DNA from: Nemertoderma westbladi
Taxonomy: Eukaryota > Animalia > Xenacoelomorpha
Assembly: GCA_032718475.1 (NCBI GenBank)
Contig: JAUCBJ010000703.1
Coordinates: forward strand, 1-40,747
DNA length: 40,747 bases
Reading direction: 5' to 3'
Shown one piece after another: positions 35,231-40,747 of the stretch. The position numbers and the translations under genes are program-made. Under the pieces are notes generated by a model that searched no databases, was not told the DNA's origin, and saw only the letters and a program-made list of their open reading frames with translations. The first letter of the stretch is position 1; the number at the start of each line of letters is the position of its first letter.

Positions 35231-36315
35231 AGTTGACAAAGGTTCACCTGACTTTTCCAAATTTGGTTTTCTGTAAGTAGGTCGATTGTGTTCTCTTCAT
35301 CGAAGAGTTGGTAGATGTCGTCATTATCTGAGGAGTATGGTGTTCCCTCAGTTAGTTCGTCCACCTCACTGCTCTCCACTTCCCAATCGTGTACTTGGTA
35401 TGTGTGTTCTTGTGGCATTCTCTCTTCGAGAGTCCTGCGGGAAGGGCCAGTAAAGTACCAACCTACTCTAGTTCTTACTGCATAGGTTTGCAGTGGCTGT
35501 GGTTGAGCAGGCCGTTTCTCCAATGTTTCGAGCGCCTCATGCGCGTTCTGGCCGATGAGGATTTGCACTCCAGGATAATCTGTCTGGAATCGAGGTATCT
35601 CAAGATGTTGGATGCTCTCATCCTCGTCCCAATTATAAAGGTCTGCTTGAGTAGTAGCGAAGTTCTTTATAGCCACCATTTTTACTGACCTTATACCTTG
35701 TGTTCCTAACTTATCCTGGGGGGTGGACAACACACCTACATAGTAATCTGCCGTTAAGGTAGATTTCCAAACCTGCATAATTCCTGACATATTCAATTTA
35801 GTCCGGAATTTGGGTTGTCCAGCAAAGATATCTTCGGCTAATTCTTGATCGATGAATGTTCCTGTGCTGCCAGAGTCAAGGAGGGCGTTCACTATGTAAC
35901 TTTTATTAAGACCATAAACTCTTACCTGCACCACAGGAAATTCTCTGATTCCTACGTTGGAAGTTGGAGCTTTCCAAGATGGTTGTTTGGCAAAAGTAGT
36001 TGGGGGAAACTCATCGTTGGTGACCTTTTCATAAGTAAGTGCTCGATACACTGCGGTATTGATTAGATAACAGGATTCGTTGGCGTCGGAGAATTCGTCA
36101 GTATAGAATCCTTCCATCTCAGACTCCTGATCAGTGTCATTTACATCACTGAATTGGACATGTAGTTCGGGCTCACTTACCTGACTCTGTTTGTCTCGTT
36201 CGAACTCACTGTGTAACAAAATGTGATGTTTCGCGCCACACTTTGCACACTTTATGTCGGAGTAACAGGTTCGCCGCTGGTGTCCTGGTCTGAGGCAATT
36301 ATAGCATAACCGCCT
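35173..36315 (-). CDS. BEL/Pao polyprotein middle segment: gag zinc knuckles 2-3 and aspartic protease
   Basis: Upstream of the listed start (36219) the frame reads LCYNCLRPGHQRRTCYSDIKCAKCGAKHHILLH. Protease motifs are ALLDSGS and ILIGQN. Confidence 0.92.
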   Translation of the reverse strand, partial: RRLCYNCLRPGHQRRTCYSDIKCAKCGAKHHILLHSEFERDKQSQVSEPELHVQFSDVNDTDQESEMEGFYTDEFSDANESCYLINTAVYRALTYEKVTNDEFPPTTFAKQPSWKAPTSNVGIREFPVVQVRVYGLNKSYIVNALLDSGSTGTFIDQELAEDIFAGQPKFRTKLNMSGIMQVWKSTLTADYYVGVLSTPQDKLGTQGIRSVKMVAIKNFATTQADLYNWDEDESIQHLEIPRFQTDYPGVQILIGQNAHEALETLEKRPAQPQPLQTYAVRTRVGWYFTGPSRRTLEERMPQEHTYQVHDWEVESSEVDELTEGTPYSSDNDDIYQLFDEENTIDLLTENQIWKSQVNLCQLIHPSEPIAYKGTGRAQFI

Positions 36316-39300
36316 GTACGTCTGTCTACAAGGGATTTCTTTAGAAATTCAGCACACGCACTCAAACGGTGGGTCCCGTCGCACAGCGCACAGTTAGGTT
36401 TTATGTTACTCACCTTACCTTGGGTAACTTGATGCACTCTCGTTTTTTCTTCGGGTTTTCTTCGGTGCATTCTGTTAGGAGACTGAGGGGGGGTCTTGGC
36501 AACCTGTTCTCTCCTATCGTTGTTTCGAGCCTTGTATTTACTTACATCTTTTGAGGTTTTGTCAACGTAGTAAGATCGCTCAGTATCTTTCCCGCTGTCC
36601 TCTTCTTGAGAAACTTGGCTTTCGCCGTCGTCAGTGTAACACACCGGTGTTATTCTTCTCCTAGAAGCGGGTTTCTCACTTACCTTATTTTCCGCTGTTT
36701 TCTCTCTGGACTGCTTGATGAGTTGTAGTTTTACCTCACCATCTAAGAAGGACATGAGATCAGCCATGGTAGGACTTCGTCGTTGTTGTTCATTCATGTA
36801 CAACACTTTCTTGTCCCAGCGGGTACATACTCCACCCTTTGGTAAAGTAGAGACTACGGCTCCAATAACCATTGAACTCTGATATTCATGAGACTTACCT
36901 AACCAGTCCAATTGTCTACAGATCTCTTGAATCTCATCGGAAAACTCTATAATCCCGCTACTAAGGAAGTGTCGGGGGGCTACTAATTTTGCATACAAAT
37001 ACTTAGCTATGTTATCCTTGTTACCATACCTGATGTTTAATGTATCCCATACTTGTCTTAATCCTTCTGGATGTTCAATAAACTTTAACGCCATTAACTT
37101 GGGAGGTCCTTCCAAGCACTTGATGAGGAACCTAAGTTTCTCTCCGTTAGATAGTACAGAGTTCTGTATGCTGTCTTTGTAATATTCGTTGAAAGGTAAC
37201 CATTTCATCTCATCTCCATTGAATTTGACGATCTCTCCCACTTTGACCGCTTGGCGGGCTTCTGTTCTAGCCATCTGACGCGTAAAGCTTTCTTGGGCCA
37301 TCGTGTTATTTAATATCGAATTATCGGTATATAAATTTCTCGGATCATTATCAGGTCTATAGGGAATATCATTAATAACAGGTCTATAATCACCCTTAAT
37401 AGGGTTTGCTATAGGAGTTTCTACTTCACTAGCAGTATAGATGCGTGTAGGCTCCACACCTTGCGCATGTAATACTTCAGACCTAACAGGTTGACACAAT
37501 GTTACAGGGGGTATTGGTATGCCCTTTTGTATATTGACTAATTTGTCGCGTTCTAGCGCGATACTTTGCTGCACTTCTTGCAATTCGGCCCTACTTTCCC
37601 TTACTGTTCCCTTAAGCTGGTGGACAGTCTCCTGCATCTGTCCGAGCAGGAGATTCATCCCCCGCCGTCCCTCTTCTACCCACTCAACCGCCGAAGCGGG
37701 AGTCGCCAACATTGTAGCGGGCTGACGCGGGACGACGGGAGACAAATCTTTGATTTCTCTCTCAGCTTCCAGGACAGGGATATTCTCATGGACTGTTCTA
37801 CCGGGTACAGGCAGTGTAGTACTATGTAAAGGGAATTTAGAGTTAAGCTCTAGAAGTACTGGAGTTTCTAGCACAGGGGTGACCTTGGGAATGACAGGCC
37901 TAATTATTTCAGGCTCATCAACTATAGTGGGGAGTCTTTTGACCTTAATAATTTGGTCTGTAGGTTCTATACTACTTAAGTCTGTGCTAGCTAGTTGTCT
38001 TCTAACAGCTGGGGGCAAATCAGGCAATTTGTGTCGGTGAGATGTTTTTCTACGCCTGCTTAGACGAGATCTATTCCCTCCGCCTTCAGGGTCGGTGGTT
38101 TCACTTTCTTCCGATGATGTGTATCCCTGGCGTTTGGGAGTAGATTTTCTCATCATCTGCATGTGACTAGCAGTTAACTGTTTATTTATGTTGTCTTGCG
38201 TCTCTTGCAGATTTTCCAACTCCAGTTGGGTAGTCTCCTCAGACGCTCTCTGTTCTGCGTCTGCCAATGCCATTGCTGCTGCTGCTTTGGCTGCTTCCAC
38301 TGTCGCTGCCGCTTTTACTTCTGCCTCTTCCACTGCCGCTGCTGCCTTTGCCGCTGCTACTGCTGCTACTGCCTTTGCCGCTTCCACTGCCGCTACCGCT
38401 TTTGCCTCTTCCACTGACGCTGCCGCTTTCGCCGCTGCTACTGCCCTTTTGTCCTCTATCCGCCTTCTCTTTACCTGTTCTTCTTGGACTCTAGCGAGGC
38501 GGAGTTTTTCATCAAATTCTGCTTGGTTAGCAGCTAACATTTCAGCATCGATTGAATCTAACACACGCTGGGTTCCTTCACTATTGGGGGAAAGTCCAGA
38601 CAGCCGTCTCCTCAATTCTTGGTCTCCTAGGAATCGCTGATAGTCGGACAGATAAATGTCTATGGCGTCTCTCGTTCGTGGTTTCTCTGAGGTCTCTTCG
38701 CCTTCCACTTGAGAAAGGGTGGCATCGGTTGGTTCTTCATAAGTTAGTCTCTCAGACAGCTGGGATTTCCACTGGTCTGTTTCTTGGATTTGGAGACCTA
38801 CCCGCTGGAACCAAGTTTTGACAGCAACCTGCAGTGACGTGTCCTGTCTTCTTTTGGAAGTTTCCTCAAAGGCTGATAGGATTAGTCGAATGCGTAGGGT
38901 TCTTTCGCGTACTTGATATAGCAGTTCTTCCTGCTCTTGAGGTCCTTGGGGTTGTCGAAACAGTTGTTCTTCTAATCTCTCTAAGGAGTCGAAGAATCCC
39001 TGCACATATCCTGCTGCCGACCTCTTCCAAACAGCTGGATCCATCGTATCTTTAGCCACTCCCATCCTGTGTATATCTTCCCAAGTAGCCTCGGACAGAT
39101 CTAACGGGAGTCCGGGTCCGGGAAAGTTCCATTGTGACTCGACAATAGACATCAATTCTTCCCTGGCGTATCCTGCATAATCATCTTGGGTCGCTCGCTT
39201 ATTTCTCGCCCAATCTGCTTGATGTTCCTCCACCGCAATCAATATAGTTGTTAGCACTGCGGCAGGAAGGGTGAGAAGGGGGTCCGAGTAGGCTTTAGTC

Positions 39301-39623
39301 GTCATCTGCAATCCGCGTTCGGGGGTCAGTTCGACAGTATCCGAACTACTGGAGTTATCTGATCGCTGGGGATAAGTTTCTTGACTAGGCTGTTGCTGCT
39401 GTGGGACAGCTGCTTCCTGGTTCCGTTTGACTTGGGCCCGAGTGCCGATGATGGACCTACGGTGTTGGATTAGCTTAGGGTCCGATATCACTACTGGAGG
39501 GATGACTTTTCTTTCAGTAGGAGGTGAGCTGAACTCCTTTCTTAAACGCTCCACACTCCTATCTGTGTCACAGATGGTTGTATCGATTAGACTGTCTGAC
39601 AGGTTTTGCTGAGTGTCAGACAT
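36252..39623 (-). CDS. gag: BEL/Pao gag (long N-terminal extension, Ala-rich repeats, DUF1759-like capsid region, first zinc knuckle)
   Basis: ATG-initiated 1123-aa ORF with FNGDEMKWLPF, EKLRFLIKCLEGPP, WDTLNIRYG and CALCDGTHRLSAC. Confidence 0.9.
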   Translation of the reverse strand: MSDTQQNLSDSLIDTTICDTDRSVERLRKEFSSPPTERKVIPPVVISDPKLIQHRRSIIGTRAQVKRNQEAAVPQQQQPSQETYPQRSDNSSSSDTVELTPERGLQMTTKAYSDPLLTLPAAVLTTILIAVEEHQADWARNKRATQDDYAGYAREELMSIVESQWNFPGPGLPLDLSEATWEDIHRMGVAKDTMDPAVWKRSAAGYVQGFFDSLERLEEQLFRQPQGPQEQEELLYQVRERTLRIRLILSAFEETSKRRQDTSLQVAVKTWFQRVGLQIQETDQWKSQLSERLTYEEPTDATLSQVEGEETSEKPRTRDAIDIYLSDYQRFLGDQELRRRLSGLSPNSEGTQRVLDSIDAEMLAANQAEFDEKLRLARVQEEQVKRRRIEDKRAVAAAKAAASVEEAKAVAAVEAAKAVAAVAAAKAAAAVEEAEVKAAATVEAAKAAAAMALADAEQRASEETTQLELENLQETQDNINKQLTASHMQMMRKSTPKRQGYTSSEESETTDPEGGGNRSRLSRRRKTSHRHKLPDLPPAVRRQLASTDLSSIEPTDQIIKVKRLPTIVDEPEIIRPVIPKVTPVLETPVLLELNSKFPLHSTTLPVPGRTVHENIPVLEAEREIKDLSPVVPRQPATMLATPASAVEWVEEGRRGMNLLLGQMQETVHQLKGTVRESRAELQEVQQSIALERDKLVNIQKGIPIPPVTLCQPVRSEVLHAQGVEPTRIYTASEVETPIANPIKGDYRPVINDIPYRPDNDPRNLYTDNSILNNTMAQESFTRQMARTEARQAVKVGEIVKFNGDEMKWLPFNEYYKDSIQNSVLSNGEKLRFLIKCLEGPPKLMALKFIEHPEGLRQVWDTLNIRYGNKDNIAKYLYAKLVAPRHFLSSGIIEFSDEIQEICRQLDWLGKSHEYQSSMVIGAVVSTLPKGGVCTRWDKKVLYMNEQQRRSPTMADLMSFLDGEVKLQLIKQSREKTAENKVSEKPASRRRITPVCYTDDGESQVSQEEDSGKDTERSYYVDKTSKDVSKYKARNNDRREQVAKTPPQSPNRMHRRKPEEKTRVHQVTQGKVSNIKPNCALCDGTHRLSACAEFLKKSLVDRRTGGYAIIASDQDTSGEPVTPT

Positions 39624-39699
39624 GTTTAGCTATACAGTTGAATGCCTACTGCTATAGTTACAGTTAAAGCAAGTCTAGTAATTCAGTATGACCGTTGGC

Positions 39700-39975
39700 C
39701 TAGTACCGGTAATTTATTGCAGTATATTAGAATACCGGTATGCACTTATAGTATATATAAGTATTGTAAACTAGGTTTGTCACAGAGTACCGGTATATAA
39801 ATTTAGCACAAATATATATAAATATATAATAGGCCTATCGTGAATACCGGTATACAGCGTACACTTATAGTATATAAGTATAATTCTGGACTAGAATTAT
39901 TACAGAATACCGGTATGATTTCAGCTCAAATTTATAGAAATAAATATAATAAGCCTATGGTAAATACCGGTATGT
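39700..39975. repeat. Degenerate tandem repeat in the retrotransposon 5' leader with six TACCGGTA cores
   Basis: TACCGGTA occurs at ~39704, 39733, 39788, 39845, 39908 and 39965. CACTTATAGTATATA and AAATAT-AAT-GCCTAT segments repeat with a ~115-120 bp period. Confidence 0.75.
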
Positions 39976-40747
39976 CAATTATTTTAGAATAATTGATTTT
40001 CTGAATATTTTAGGGTTACTTGGTTACTTTAACTTACTTTGTTACCGCTATTTAAGCAGTAGTCCAACTGATTTTGAGACCTAGTTGTTATATGGCAGGC
40101 CTACTATTTATAAATCGTTTGAGTTGATTTATAATAGATATATACCCGTTTAAATGGGTTTTTTGTCAATATTTGAAATAAATGTTATTATTTCTGGGGG
40201 TCACTACACAGAAGCTGTGCACTCTCAGTGAAGTGCTATTTATTGGACACTAAAACAGATAATTCTAATTTACCTAAGTTACTTAGTACTACAAATTACT
40301 TACGATACGGGTGAGATTAAATCTCTAATTAAACACAACAAAAATATTACGTACGAATTTTTAGGGTAATTTTACAGGAAGTCTACAAACCAGCCTAACA
40401 AAGGGTTAGATTTCTGGTTATTACAACGGACAGGGTACTACGGTATTTGAAAATAATAAGTAGTAGTAGATACACTGCGTTGTCCAGATAGGAAAATACC
40501 ACCGCCTGACGACCTATAACCGTATCGCTATAGGTACTACGTTATGTATCACGGAGTGTTCCTACCTAGAAGTTAATTACCGCGGACTACCAGATCCAGC
40601 GTGCCTATTAACCACTTTACAACACAAATATACTGCCTACACACTAATTACTTCGGAAAGCACTGTACACTAAACCCTAAATTAGGTACAAGTACTGGTA
40701 CAACAAATAATCATGTGGCAACAGGCAACGCCAAAGGTTGGTAAGAG

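Larger units (their letters stand above)
27537..40747 (-). mobile_element. BEL/Pao LTR retrotransposon (boundaries uncertain; 5' LTR probably beyond the window)
   Basis: Domain order is gag(3 Zn knuckles)-PR-RT-RH-IN with BEL-type motifs. Inclusion of 27537-31560 in the element is inferred. Confidence 0.85.

Noticed and set aside
28772-39612. Numerous short plus-strand ORFs (e.g. 34228..34872, 38188..38640)
   Set aside because: They are antisense shadows of the minus-strand retrotransposon ORFs and have no independent motifs.
40715-40747. Primer-binding site (minus strand TGGCGTTGCCTG) and 5' LTR end
   Set aside because: The position is plausible, but it is not preceded by a clear LTR-terminal CA. 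The adjacent bases do not match either candidate 3' LTR region, and I cannot assign a tRNA.

Overview
AT-rich, repeat-dense eukaryotic DNA, probably from an invertebrate animal (inferred from the transposon families present). No prokaryotic features are supported. The left half holds four large tandem arrays (9/12 bp, 54 bp, 37 bp, 13 bp) that produce most of the long spurious ORFs. It also holds an intronless orphan ORF with a C2H2 finger and acidic repeats, several RTE-clade LINE fragments, tRNA-derived SINE heads and a probable MITE. The middle holds a TA-flanked pogo-family DNA transposon (21183-24968) with a disrupted transposase, next to an intronless RBX2/RNF7-like RING-box gene. The right 14 kb is a minus-strand BEL/Pao LTR retrotransposon whose gag-PR-RT-RH-IN region is broken by two frameshifts. 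The most interesting feature lies 3' of pol, in the position where env would sit. It is an uninterrupted ORF of more than 1000 codons with a WRN/EXD/Mut-7-type DEDDy 3'-5' exonuclease-like domain followed by Cys/His zinc knuckles. It has no ATG near its 5' end, so it may be expressed by splicing. All family calls come from reading motifs by eye. No database searches were run.
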